The notes: a model not told the origin generated them from the letters alone. 64,000 nt of DNA from Chiloscyllium plagiosum (GCF_004010195.1 NC_057749.1:13638543-13702542); one strand, 5' to 3'. Shown: positions 39,056 to 52,704, numbered from the stretch's first letter. Made by a program: numbers and translations.

Positions 39056-42000
39056 TTTTTTTTGTAAATATATTCATTAGCAAATATTTTTAACTTTACA
39101 AATATATAAAATTATTCAAAGTACTATCAATAACTAACATCAGTATAATAAAAAGAAAAAAACACAAGTTACAATACAACCACTGTCTACTAACTACTAA
39201 CCCACCCTATAATACAAAACAACACCAAAAAAAAGAGAATTAGAATGGAACCCCCATTCCTCACAGTGGGACTCTCTGTTATTCAACATAAGTCATTACC
39301 TTCCATTCTTTGTAAACGTTGCATCATTCACACTCACAAGTTTCTCTTCTTGCAGGAGATGAAAGCCACTGAATACTGGTGGTTCAGTGGTTAGCACTGG
39401 TGCTCACAACACCAGTGACCTGGGTTTAATTCCCACCTCTGGCAACTGTGTGTGGAGTTTGTACATTCTCCCTGTGTCTGTGTGGGTTTCCTCCCACAGT
39501 CTAAAGATGTATAGGTTAGGTGAATTGGTCATGCTAAATTGCCTGTAGTTTTAGGTGCATTAGTCAAGGGGTGAATGTAGGGGAATGGGTCTGGGTGGGT
39601 TGGTCTTCGGACGGTCAGTGTGGACTTGTTGGGCTGAAGGGCCTGTTTCCACACTGTGGGGAATCTAATCTAATCTAATCTAATCTAAAAAAAAGCAAAA
39701 AAAAAACAAAAACACAAAATACAGAATAGCCATGCTCGACGCAAAGCTCCCAAACAAAGGAATGGGGACCATTGTATATATACCCGTATTAACTCAGGAG
39801 ACCCCCTCGAGGGCCCAAGGCTTGACAAATCTAATCATCCTGGTTAAACAAACGCCCTAGTTAAGATAACTGACAAATCTATATCCAAATAACCCAACTA
39901 GGGCTGCCATGTCTTATAAAAATGGTCTGCTGTGTGGTGCACCATGTTTGTAAAAAAAAGTCCAAGGGAATGTGCTCCATAATTAATTTCTGCCATCCCA
40001 ACATGCCCGGTGGGTTCTCAGACACCCAATTCATCAGAATATTCTTCCGTGCACAGTATGCAAGAATAATAAATAGTTTCTTCCCATGCCTGTCTAAAGA
40101 TGGTAAATTTGGTAGATCTAAGAGGAGAGATATCGGGTCTACTTTGACCTCAGTCCTCAATACCTTCCCTATCTCTCCCGCCACAGCGCTCCAGTGAACA
40201 CGGAGCCTGTGGCATGTCCAGAAGCAATGGGTAAGAGTACCTCCACCTAATTTACATTTGGGGCACACTGAAGATGCCCTTTTTTTAAACTTCGCCAGAT
40301 GGTCTGGTGCATAATGAGCCCTGTGCAGAATTTTTAACTGCGTAGCGCACGTCCTATTACAGATTGAGATCTTTCGAGTATTCTCCCATATGTTCTCCCA
40401 TGTTTCAGAAGAGATCTCCACTCCTAACTCTTGCTCCCAGACCTCAAATAACTGGTTAATAACCTGCCAGGCCCTGCCACCCAGCAGACGATAGAGAGCA
40501 CTAACTGAAAGGGTGCTTGTGGAACGTAGCAACAACCTCTCTGTATCGGGCTTATAGGGCTTAGTGAAAAGCGTAGTCTTCTTCTGGATGAAATCCCTAA
40601 CCTGAAAAAAACAGAAAAGTTCTCTGCTGGGCAACCTGTATTTGCGGCTCAATTGCTCAAAAGACATCATACCCTCCCCCTCAAACAAGTCTCCCAAACT
40701 AGAAACTTCCCTCGCTGCCCATAGTTTGAACCCTGAGTCCATCATTCCTGGCCGGAACCCCGGCATGCCAACTATAGGCGTAAGTGGTGAAGTCTTGGAT
40801 AAACAACCTTCACTCTCCATGCCTCGACTGTACTAATGACAATGGGGTTCCGGCAGTCGTCCATAACTGTCCTCATCTTATCCATGAACAACAGGTTAAT
40901 AAGAGGGTACTTTGCCTGGGAGGCCTCAATATCCAGCCATATTGAGTTTGTATCATTATCCACCTGACAAAGGACAGCAGGGAACTCAGTTGATACCTCC
41001 TGATGTCTGAGAAATCAACTCCTCCCCCTCCTTGAGGCACATGCAATTTACTAAGTTTGATGAGGGGCCGCCCACGATGCCAGACAAAGGAACCAAACCA
41101 CCCCATAAGCTTCCGCAGCATTGACCTGGGAAACATTATAGGGAGCACACGCATGGGATAAAGCAAACGAGGAAGAACATTAATCTTAATGAGAGATATT
41201 CGGCCCAGCCATGAAATTGGAAGAGCCTCCCATCTCTGGAGATCCTGCCTAATATTGTCGAGCAAGTGAGCAAAGTTAGTCCGAAATAACAGATCAAACT
41301 TGGGTGTAATAAAAGTGCCTAGGTATCGGAACTCTGCCCATAACGACTTAGAAGGGAACTTAGAGCCACCTTCAACTTCTGGCACATCCTTAGGTTCCCC
41401 AAAGGCATAGCCTCCGATTTTGCAAAGTTAATCTTATATATTCTGAAAGAGCCCCAAATGAATTGATACATTGTATCAAATGGGGTACAGAGGTCATCGA
41501 GTTTGACAAAAACAGAAGGACATCATCTGCATACAATGTAATCTTGTGGGCCCTTGATCCCACTTTCGGAGTGGTTATGTGGGCGTTCTGATGAATGGCC
41601 TCTGCCAGCTGCTCTATCACCAATGTAAACAACAATGGTGAGAGGGGGCAGCCTTGCCGACTACCCCTACCAATCGTAAAATTCCCAGGCTTCACCCCGT
41701 TGGTGATGACTGCGGCCAGAGGGTGGCGATATAAAACCTCCACGCACCTAGCAAAGACTCCACCCAACCCAAACTGTTCAAAGGCATAAAAAAGATACGA
41801 CCATTCCACCCGGTTAAATGCTTTCTCTGCATCTAAGGAAATCACCAACCCCTGAAGAGATCGTTGCTGACAAACTTGGACCATATTCAGCAACCTTCTA
41901 ATATTATTAGAGGACCTACGGTCCCTTGTAAAGCCTGTCTGGTCCTCTTTAATAATATGGGGCAACAACCTTTCCAATCTCAGTACCAGGATCTTGGACA

Positions 42001-44650
42001 GAATCTTGAAATCTGAATTTAATAGAGAGATGGGCCTGTATGAGGCAAAATCCTCAGGAACCTTCTGCTGCTTAAGAATTAAGGAAATATTAGCTTCTCT
42101 CAAAGATGGTGGTAGGCATTCATGCATATAGGAGTGATTGTACATCACCAACATTGACCCTGACAGAATCCCTATAAACTCCTTAAAAAACTCACCCGGG
42201 AGACCATCAGGGCCAGACGCCTTCCCACTCTGAAGTTGCCTAGCTGCCTCCTGTGTTTCCTGAACTGTCAAGGGGGCATTAAGGAGAGAGGCCTGTTCCA
42301 AGGTTACCCTCGGGAGGTCCACGTTCTTAGAAAAGGTCTCCATTTTAGCCCTCCTGTCCTCGCAACCTTCAGACCGATACAATTCAGAGTAAAAGCTCCA
42401 AAAAACCCCATTAATCTTTTTAGCATCGTATGTAAGGACCCTGGTGCTGTCTCTGATTGCAGTAATGGATTGGGGAGCACGCTTTTTCCTAGTCAGGTAT
42501 GTTAAACATTTCCCTGGCCTATCCCCATATTTGAACAGCCTTTGTCTAGCAAAAGCAAGTTTTTCCTTTGCGTTTTGTGTCAGTATTGAAATCAAGGCAG
42601 CCCGAAGGGCTGTAATCCGCTGTAGCTTAGTCACCGAAGGCCGCGCAAAATGTGCTGCCTCCGCGGCTTTCAACTGCGTCTCAAGTAGAAGCTGGTATTC
42701 CTCCTTCTGTCGTTTCTGGCTAGCCGAATAGGAAATAGCTAATCCCCTAGCAAAGGCCTTAGAAGTCTCCCATAGCATAGACGGACAACTAGCTGTGCCT
42801 GAGTTGATAATCAAGAATACCTGAAACTCCTTCAAAACGTATTCCAAAAATTTGGAATCCTAAAGGAGAAAAGGGTCCAAACACCAGTGCTGGAAACCTA
42901 GCCCTTCATTCTTGGCCTTAGCCTCCACATATACTGCCACGTGATCAGAGATAGCTATATTCCCAATTTTACAACCCATAATCGAATCCAGAAGGGCCGA
43001 GGGAGCCAGAAATAGGTCAATCCTCGTGTGACATTTATGTAGGTTTGAAAAAAGGTGAAGTCCCTGCCGGTAGGGTGAAGACTTCTCCAAATATCCACCA
43101 GTCCCAACTCCTCGCATAAGTCAACGACCTGCTTGGCCTGTGAAATAGTAGTTCGGGGGCCACAAGGCATCCTGTCCACTGTTGGATCCAAAAGACAATT
43201 GAAACTCCCCCCCCACAATAATGTGCCATGTTCCAAAACCACTCAACTTAGAGAAAGCACTAATCAAAAATTTGAGGGGATGTGCTGGAGGACAGTAGAC
43301 ATTTAAAATGCCATATTCCTCCCCATGTGTCAGGGCTTTGAGTATCACAAACTGTTCCTGCTCATCTTTCACCTGCTCTAATAATGTGAGCGAATGATTT
43401 TTCTGGATAATTTAGCAAAGGATGAAAAGAATACTTGGTCATAATCCCCCTATTGTAATTTAAGGTGTTCCCCATCAAGGTGGGTTTCCTGCATCAAAGC
43501 AATATCAACTCTTTCCCTCTTAAGGCTAGAAAGCACTTTTTTCCTTTTAACAGGCGAATGATTTCCCTTAATGTTCCAGGTGCACCATTTAATAAGACAC
43601 TTCGCCATATCTCCTTTCAGACACCCTTAAACCCCTCAGAGGCAGAACCCTGCTTACAAAGCGCCGAGCATAAGCAAATAAAGACTCAGAGTCGAAGAAC
43701 TATATGTACAAAAACTACTCTAGCATAACTATAAACAACTATTACTACCAAAAAACTACAAAGAAATCCAACTATAAAACCTTGAATGGGAGACTCTTCC
43801 CCCTGCCCATAGGGGGCACTCACCCTTCCCATTCCCTTCTTCACAGCTCCTTCAAACCCGGACTGTGCCCCAGTCTTAGGCCAGAAAAAAAAACCAAGAT
43901 GATCCTTAAATCAACAGAAAACAGACAAAGTCAGGATGGCCACTCCACATATCCCTGGCTTCATGTCACCCCTACTTGTAACTAAAAGAGAAACAGAACA
44001 AACAAAAAAAGGGGGAGAGACAACAAAGAACATCCACAAAACTTCCCATCAGAAAATCCAGTTATTAAAAAAATGGAACCAACTTATTCCAAGGGCTTTT
44101 CCCCCCTTTCCAAAAAGGAAATTATTAGGAAGAAAGAAAGGAATAAAAAAAAGGAAGGGAAAACATGGGGAAAGATAGAAAAGAGAACAAACATTAACCA
44201 CATTCTTCAGGCCAATCCGTCTATGTTAAAGTGCCTACAAAGTTTTTAGCTTTATCCGCTCAGTCAAATTTCTAAACTGAGTCCTCGTGGCTGAAATGGA
44301 GCACTGTGGGGTATCTCATGGAGTACTGGATGCCCAGGATCCTCAACCTCTTTTAAACTTCATCGAAGGACTTCCTCTTTTGAATTACAGCTGCAGAGAA
44401 ATCCTGGAAAAACATGGTTTTTGAACCCTTGTACAGCAGTGCCTGCGGATCTTTTCCCAGGGATCTGGAAACTTCTATGACTTTTTGCTTGTCCTTATAT
44501 GAGTGGAAGTGCACTAGGACTGAGTGGGGGGCGCTGCACTGGGCCTGACCTGTGCACTGTAACCAGATAAGCCCTTTCAATTTGCACTCGATGTGAAGGC
44601 CCAAAAGCTTCAGCAGCCAGCTTTCAAACAAGCTGACTGGCTGATCACCG
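39056..44650 (-). mobile_element. L1-clade LINE, 5'-truncated within ORF1, ORF2 frameshifted
   Basis: ORF1 C-terminus (FFQDFSAAVIQKRKSF, 44353..44631). ORF2 starts MAKCLIKWCTWNIKG..QETHL at 43608, followed by RIDLFL..ISDH, YRPISLLNSDFKILSK, LDAEKAF, RQGCPLSPLLF, LYADD, RYLG and a C-terminal CPKC..HCFWTC. T-run (A-tail) at 39056-39063. Confidence 0.93.
39376..39687 (+). mobile_element. tRNA-derived V-SINE (HE1-like) inserted in the L1 3' UTR
   Basis: A/B-box head, V-core (tgtgtggagtttgtacattctccctgtgtctgtgtgggtttcct), CR1-like 3' end (ttgggctgaagggcctgtttccacactgt) and an (aatct)n tail. Confidence 0.9.
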
Positions 44651-46439
44651 CTGGTATCATTTTGTATGAGCTAGCTGGGTTCTTAGTCATCATAATGTAG
44701 ATACGTTGCCACAATTTTCTTTTTCAGTTAGGAACTTACAGGGTTGCTTTGCCTAGTGCTGTAAAGAGAAGCCTCTAAGTAGTTTAGCAAGAAGAGGCTG
44801 TTATTGCAACTGAGTACAAATTACACTGGTATGATTGACATTTTTATAAAGACTGCCAGTTCTAGATGATAGGTCTATCTCCTCTGAAATCCAGTTCTGC
44901 TTTTACCAACTCAAATCCTGATGACATTATCAGATTGGATGGAATTTAAAGCAGTCTTCTTATTAACTCTTTACAACCATTAGTGAGCTCTTCTGAAATG
45001 AGGCACTCTTTTTTTTTAAATTAGAAATAGTTCCTTTGACAGATAGATGTTTCATCCCACCCTTCCTCCCTAATTGGCTGGGAATCCTGGAGACCGGCTA
45101 TTAATCAGTTTGCTATAGTAGACACATACATCAAAGGAACAAGTTCTGAACTTAAAAATGGTCTTGTCACTGTTTCCAGAAAATAAGTAGTAAGATTCTA
45201 CTCAGAGTGAGTACATTAGTTAACTGTGGAGGGTAACAAATTCACATTTTGAAGCAACATTCATCGTAGAACAAAGACTCCCTGGCTGAATATTACACTC
45301 CTGAGTCCAAAGCCAGAGGACAATGTAGCATCCCAACGACAATCCTACAACTGAGCTTGGCCACTTCAGGACAGACCAGGAGGGACTAAAGACGTTTTGA
45401 TTTCTGTACATTTTTAAAAATCAACACTTTGCTCCCTTTTCACTTTCAATTTATTTCTATAACAAGTTATAGCTATATGCAACAGTGGAATAACAAAAGC
45501 AATACAGAACTGAAATAAATTCTTGACAAGTATAATGTGATGCTGCCTCTACCAAGGTAATAAATTTCAACATGGGAGATTATTGTATGTCAGGGATTTT
45601 AAAAAAGTAAATATCATTACACTTCTGCTCATTTCAAAACATCAATTTGAGCTGTTTTTACATGTTGTCATTGAAAGAGATGTACAATGAAGAAATAAGA
45701 GAGAGTTACAAGTAGACACAAATATATACCAACAGCTGCAAACTTCAATTATTTTCTTCCAAAGAAACATGCCAAAAAAAAATTAAGCTTCAAGCAATTA
45801 GGAGCAAGAATTTCAAAGTATTCAAAGGAGATGTGTTGAAAGTTGATTACTTGTATCTGCAGGTCATTATGCAATCATTAAAGACCAGGTTTTCTGCTGC
45901 ACCTATATCTTCAATTCTGTCCTCTTGTGTACATTTCAATAGCTGTCCAAATTGATGCCTAGCAATTTGTTAAAGTCAAAAACTTGCAGTTTCTTTATTA
46001 TTTGACAACCGCTAAGGCTTCTTGGTAACCATACCCCAAATATTTCTCTATGGTACCAACTAGACAACCTCCAACTCCTCTCCCCAAGGAAATTATTGGT
46101 GTCAACATCAATGTATTATTTGGAAGGCATGAGGATTTTAAATCGTGACACAGGCGCAAGTTAGGGCTTTGCATATGAGACAAAGAAGAAGGCCTTGGGT
46201 TTTGGGGAAATAGCTGAAATCAGGATATCGGCAAAGCCTACATTTTGCACTATTAAAATGGATTAACTGGAGTACAGTATGTGTCAAAACTTGCATTGTC
46301 AGGTACTAACAGACAGAACACAGAAGTCAAATTTTTATTTGCTTAAAAGCTTGTATTTACACATTTCATACCATGCACTTCCAAAACTGCAGATCTTCTT
46401 CAATCTGTTCCTATAGAAATTATTTTAAATCAGCCTATT

Positions 46440-46530
46440 TGGACATGTTATATCACATCTTTGGGGCAGGTGAGATTTGAACATGAACCTTCTGGCCCAG
46501 AGGATGGGGCACCACCTCTGGGTTACAAGA
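46440..46530 (-). mobile_element. Short tRNA-derived SINE
   Basis: Antisense of the family at 18369-18467. Confidence 0.5.
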
Positions 46531-47084
46531 TCTTAATTTACACAGATAAAAACATTGGTGTGTCCCCAAATAACACCCTACAATGAATGCAATTAACAAC
46601 CAATTGATGTATAATTAACAACTTACTGGAAACAGCGCATAATCTAATCAGAAATAACTAGATGTTAAATGAAGCTCTGAATTCATTGTTAATTTCCAAC
46701 ATCTGTGTAGTGAGAGGGATCTGCTTACAGAACATTATCAAAGTTTCACCTTAAGTAGGAGTGTGTATAATTTTTTTAAAAGAGTTTAACCTCATGTAGC
46801 AGGAATAATTCTGCTTATAGAGATTTGACTTCTGTTGTATTATTACATGTTTTGTCAAGTACTGGATTTCACTGAAGTACATTTGCAATTTCTTAAACTT
46901 CGCTGAAAGACATTGCAACAACAGAACCTGAAGATGATGCAACCTGAGTTTAATCTTGTCCCAATTTCCCCACTAACTGAAACTCCCCTATGTTAATGTG
47001 CAACATATACATCTGGTTAGATAATTTTTAAGAGAAAACAGTATTTTCACCAATTTGCTTTTGACAATAGCCCCTCAAGAAACA

Positions 47085-47432
47085 GGGAAGCGATGACCTA
47101 ATGGTATTATAAGTGGACTGTTATTCCAGAGACCCAGACAATGTTCTGAGGACTTGGGTTTGAATTCCACCATGGCAGATGGTAGAATTTGAATTCAATA
47201 AAAATCTGGATTTAGCAGTCTAATGATGACAATGAAACTACCATCAATTTTCAGAAAAAATCCATCCGGTTCACTAATGCCCTTTAGGGAAGGAAACTGT
47301 CACTTACCTGGTCTGGCGTACATGTGACCTCAGACCCACAGCAATGTGGTTGACTCTTAACTGCCTCTATTGGGGATGGGTGATAAATACTGGCCCAGCC
47401 AGAGATGCCCACACCCTGTGAATGAATACAAA
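47085..47432 (+). mobile_element. tRNA-derived SINE with an L2-type (tgaa)n tail
   Basis: Head with B-box-like gggtttgaattcc; ends gcccacaccctgtgaatgaatacaaaaaa. Confidence 0.65.
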
Positions 47433-47477
47433 AAATGCTCTTCTGATGCACAAACCTGACAGTAACTGAACAACAAG

Positions 47478-47686
47478 GAGAAAGTGAGGACTGCAGAGGC
47501 TGGAGATCAGAGTTGAGACTGTGGTGCTGGAAAAGGACAGCAGGTCACGCAGTATCTGAGGAGCAGAAGAATCGACATTTCAGGCATAAGCCCTTCCTGA
47601 TGAAGGGCTTATGCCCGGAATGTTGATTCTCCTGCTCCTTGAATGCTGCCTGACCTGCTGTGCTTTTCCAGCACCACATTCTCAAC
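47478..47686 (-). mobile_element. Penelope-derived hairpin insertion (family A)
   Basis: Arms about 47512-47596 and 47602-47686 are reverse complements, with the unpaired tail on the left. Flanks aacaacaa/aacagcaa. Decayed hammerhead at 47597-47624. Confidence 0.88.
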
Positions 47687-48426
47687 AGCAATTGATCAAC
47701 AGCTCATTTAAAATTGCCCTTATAATAATGGCTGTTCATGGCAATGGGAACTATAACAAAACATGGTTGTTATAACCAAGTCTCCAAATTTGACTCAGTG
47801 GGCATCAATTCTCCTTCAATGAGTGGGGACAAAGGGCCTATTTCCTTGCCGTAGCACTCTAAGTGAGAAGGTGCCCGAAACCTACCCTTCAGAAGAGTGT
47901 TGCGTGAAACATTAGATGAAGGTCCTTTCTGCCCTCTTCACAGGAGGGAGAATGTAGAGTTCTCCAAGTGGCCAATCCCTCATCAAATATTACCAGAAAG
48001 GAGAATATCTGGTCATTCTCCTCGCTGTTATTTATGGGATCTATGATTGCATGAGTGTCACTCATCACCTTATCATGCCAAGCCTGAGTACTGTCTTGGT
48101 CCGGTTGTGTGTGGACAGGCTGTTTCAGTGGCAAATCATACTGTGCATTATATCATCAAAAGCAAACATCAACATTGCTAACGTTATGGTTAAGCATGGC
48201 CTGGGGCACCATGGTGTTACAAACAGGGAGCCTAAGATGTACATGATTTTAGCTGAGAACTGCCAATGAAAACAAAGCAAAACAAATGTGCCTCCAATCT
48301 TCTGGGGCAGCAGCTAACCATGTCTGGACTGATGACCTAGCACAACATAAAATGGCTGACATAACATCAGTTTCCTCCTCAATGCTGCACTCTCTGAGCC
48401 ATAAGAGTAACATATAATTGCCATTT

Positions 48427-48780
48427 GGGTAGCATGGTGGCTCAGTGGTTAGCACTGCTGTCTCACAGCACTAGGGATCTGGGTTCAGTTCACCCTTGGC
48501 TGACCACCTGTGTAGAGTTTGCAGTTTCCTCCGGATGCCAATTTTCTCCCACAGTCCAAAAGGTTAGGTGAATTAGCCTTACTAAATTGCCCATAGCGTC
48601 CAGGGACTTTGTCCACCCTAGTCGAACACTGGCACCTCCATATCATGTTCAGGGATGTACAGGCTAGGTGGATTAGCTATGGGAGATACAGGGCTACTGG
48701 GATAGGGTATGGACGTGGGTCTTGGTGGAATGCTTTTCAGAGGATCAATGTAAACTCAATGGGGCAAATGGCCTCCATGG
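48427..48780 (+). mobile_element. V-SINE (HE1-like) containing a 40-bp PLE tail insertion
   Basis: Head gcatggtggctcagtggttagcactgctg..gggttcagttc, followed by the V-core. Confidence 0.8.
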
Positions 48781-49586
48781 GAGAATGCCATAAGAATAAA
48801 ATAAAGAATGGGTGTTATTCACTGATTTCGAGGGATGGCTTGAACTACTCAAGAGAATATGGATAAAGGCTCGAATGTGAAAACTGAGATTCGCAACCAG
48901 TGTCAATCTGCTAGCTAGAACTCTTTTGGAAGTTTATTTTCATGAGGAGCCAGAAAGATACAAAGCAACTACTGGGGAGTTACACAGTACAGGCAATGAC
49001 ACGTTTGTCTTGAGTAGGTTGGAAATAAATATAAAGCTTCATGTCATTGCTTAAACACTTTTTTTTATTTGTTCATGGGATGTGGCTATGACTAGCTGGG
49101 CCTGCATTTATTGCCCATCTTTAATATCACAGAGGGCATTTAAGAGTCAACCACTTTGCTGTGAGTCTGGATTTATCTGTAGGCAGACCAGACAAGTTAA
49201 GTAGGTTTCCTCCCCTAAAGGATAATAATGAGTTATATTATGAGAGATAATAATAATAATAACAATAGTGGTTACACAGCCAACATTTGGTTAGATTTTC
49301 TTTTCCAAACATTTATCGAATTCAAATTTTACCATCTGTAATAGTGGGATTTGAAATTATGTCTCCAGTGCATTAATTATCGAATGATTTCAACTAGTAA
49401 GCCACTACTTTCCAATTTCTTTCATCTGGATTATGAAAAACATATATTACGTGAATATTTGTCCAACTGAAAAGAAGTCTAGAATAAAATCCACACAATC
49501 AAAATGACATCCAATCCAACACAATTAGAGATAAATTCAGTCATTTGCTCCATCTTAATATATCCAATCAGGAAGACCCCAAAGTC

Positions 49587-50030
49587 AAAACAAAATCAGA
49601 AATCAATGGAGAAATTTAGCAGGTCTGGCAGCATCTGGTGAGAGAAAGCAGAGTTAACATTATGGGTCCAAGTGAGTGGAATCTGTGTGCAGTCCAGTTT
49701 GGGTGGACTTTGCATGATCTCCCAGTGTCTGTGTGAGTTTCTGCTGGTGCTCTGGTTATCTCCCACAGTCCAAAGATGTGCATGCTAGGTGGACTGGCCA
49801 TGTTAAATTGCCTCAAGTGTATAGGGATGTGCAGTCTAGGTGGATTAGCCATGGTGAAAAGCAAGTACTAGGGTGGGATGCTTTTCAGAATGTCAGTGCC
49901 TCTTCCCATACTGTAGGGATTCTATGACCCTTCTTTAGAACCTCTTTGTTTTGAAGGTTCACTGTACCCAAATCATTAACTCTGCTTTCTCTCTACAGAT
50001 GCTGTTAGACCTGCCGAGTCGTTTGTTTTA
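49587..50030. mobile_element. Penelope-derived hairpin (third family) interrupted by a V-SINE fragment at about 49680-49926
   Basis: gcaggtctggcagcatctggtgagagaaagcagagttaa is inverted by ttaactctgctttctctctacagatgctgttagacctgc; V-SINE core lies between them. Confidence 0.7.
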
Positions 50031-51394
50031 TTAAGTCATAAAGCTCACCTATTCTTGCATCCAATATTCTTGAAAGGCTTCCAGGATTGTCATTGCTACT
50101 TCTATTCCTGGAAGTTCATACTCTGCATTGTCATTCATTGTGTGAAGAAGAATTTTTGCATACTTGTCCAAACATTTAAACTTTTTACTAGCTTGAACTT
50201 ATTCTCCTTGTCCTGCCCTTGCAAGTTAATGTAAATCAATTTAACAAATTCACCCAATCCCTGAAAATAATTTTAGAAACAGAAGTCCTGCTTAAATACA
50301 TCAGGAAAAAACATAATAGGTCATACCTTCCACCTTCATACACAAGGAAACAAAATCATGCTTTGTTTGCCTCAATTTATTTTTCTGTCCTTTGTGGGCT
50401 TTTAGTCAAGGACTTTGGTGTGAACTCACTACCTTTGAATTACAGTTAAACAGAGATCAGGTTCAGCAAATAGAAAATTCACTCTTTAGAACTAAATTAT
50501 TTATGTTTTTAATAAGTTTCCCAGTAATATGCCACTGTGTAATCTTTTACATTTAAAGCGGCATTTATTGCACATTTTATAAAGTATACTTTTCATTTTT
50601 AATATGTCTATCTTTATTTGCAAATTATAAACAGAAGTTCAACTACCAAGAGGTTTCATAAACATACATATATAAAAGTGAAACAGCTTAATAGAATTGC
50701 GATAAATTTTGATATGCATATTTTCTTGTCATTTTTGATCTTGAATGTGTGTTTGTGCAGCTGGCCTGACAATGTACTCAAAAGAACTGGGAGGGGTTAA
50801 AGTGTCGAAAAACTGATTTAATATCAGTGATAGTATAGTCATAGGTCTAGAGCATAACTGAAAGTCTTAGAGGTAATCAAATTCCATTATTTGTGATGTT
50901 ATTCATTAACATTTTATTGTAGGAATAGTAGTAGGCCATTCAGCCCATGTCTGCTCTATCATTCAATGAAATCATCGCTGTTCTAAACAAATAAAAAAAA
51001 ACAAGAGATACATGTGTTTGAGCGACACTAGATTTTGATAGAATATACCATGCTTTAGGATCATCTGAATCATAAAACATGCGAAAATACCAGTATCCCC
51101 AAAGAAATGAAGACCAAACTTCTGGTTTATGTAAACGTTCCTGACAGGAGTTGAGATTTTTAATCTTTATATTTAAATAAGTTAACAAAACATGAGGAAA
51201 AGCAGACTTACTTAAGGGAATTATGAACATTTTTTAAAAAGTAAAGAGAAATTAGAACAAAACAATTAGCTCACTGAAGCAAATCAGTTAAAACTGCCAC
51301 AGCAATCTTTTGGACAACTGGTACTTTACCATCTGATGAGGGAGGTTGTTGCTTTTTTCTTTTGAGTTCTTAACGCTCTGTAATTATTGCTTAC

Positions 51395-51544
51395 CTGATT
51401 GTCAGGATGGTTTACGGTGAAATAGCCTACGCAGACGATGACTTCATGCAGCAGGTCTTCACAGGTATGATGGTAACAGTACCACAGTAGCGAGCTGACA
51501 ATGTGGCGGAATGCCAGAGACAGGCCCTCTGCGCCACACACAGA
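51395..51544 (-). CDS. SCAPER: SCAPER internal coding exon, 150 bp
   Basis: ctttttgttctgatag|TCT GTG TGT GGC...AAT CAG|gtaag. Peptide SVCGAEGLSLAFRHIVSSLLWYCYHHTCEDLLHEVIVCVGYFTVNHPDNQ (within ORF 51326..51541). Phase 0/0, in frame with the neighbouring exons. Confidence 0.96.
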
Positions 51545-52704
51545 CTATCAGAACAAAAAGATATGCGTGACCGAGAAGGGGTTGTGGAAGGGTAATGTAT
51601 GGAAAGAGAGATAAAGAAAGACGAAATCAAGCACCATTCCAACTGAATAAGGTACCATGTGAAGAGTTCATAAGTAGCTCATCCGCACATGTTCCATAAC
51701 ATCATATAGCAGCATAAGAAAAAAATGGAGTAGGCCATTCAAACTTTTGAATCTGTTCTGCAACTCACCTAGGTTGTGGCTGAACTTCTACTTCAATGCC
51801 ATTTTCCTACACTATCCCCACATCCATTGGTGTCTTTAGTATCTTAATTTGGCTATTAGAGAAGCACGACTGTTATTCATCTATTTGGTTCATTTTTCTT
51901 TGTTAAGCTTTTTCTTCTCTCCCTTTTTATCTTTCCTCCTCCCACCTTTTGAAAGCACTGATTCTTGCTGGGGTACAGTTCGATGGGCAGTGATTGCTGT
52001 CCAAAAGCTTCACAAGTGGTGATTTTTTATGTGTATGCAACCATTCAAGTAATGTAATTGCATTTAGTTATGTCTACAACAAATTCTTGCATGTGTGATA
52101 CCTTCCAAAAGCAATTGAATAACCAGCACATAGCAATTAGGAAAAATAATCTGCTAGACAATGTTTTGCAGCTGAGAGGTGTTAAAGCCAATTGTTGTAC
52201 CAGCAGGACAGGTCTGATTTGTGTAATCTTTTTCAGCAAAGACTAGGAATAAAGCCAGGGATTTTCTGATTCAGCGTTGCACTGATACTTCAATAGTTCA
52301 TAAGCATTTTATAACTAACTCAAAAGAATATTTCCTTTTTAATTCAATATACAGCTGCAACAAGGTGCATGTGTATAGAAGGTTTTGAAGCATTCAAAAG
52401 TGCTTCACAAAATTGCAGTGGTGGAAAGATGGCAGAAAAGATGGATGAACATTAAAACACAAAGCAAAAGTAGGAGATCATTTTGGGGAAGCTAATTCAA
52501 TGATATGTCAAACAAGTTAAGGAACCTCTAATGGAGGTGACAGTTAAATCAAAGCAGCATAGAGAAAGGTGGATGCAGTTGGCCACTGAGGTGGAAGAGT
52601 AGGTACTCTAGGGGCTGACACAATTGATGAGCACAGTAAAATACACTAGCACTACACATTATCTATAAAATAGAGTATTGAGTTAATGTATACACTGTAT
52701 CTTG

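Noticed and set aside
41390..42847. 485-aa ORF as a host gene or active RT
   Set aside because: It is one frameshift-bounded piece of L1 ORF2; the element is inactive.
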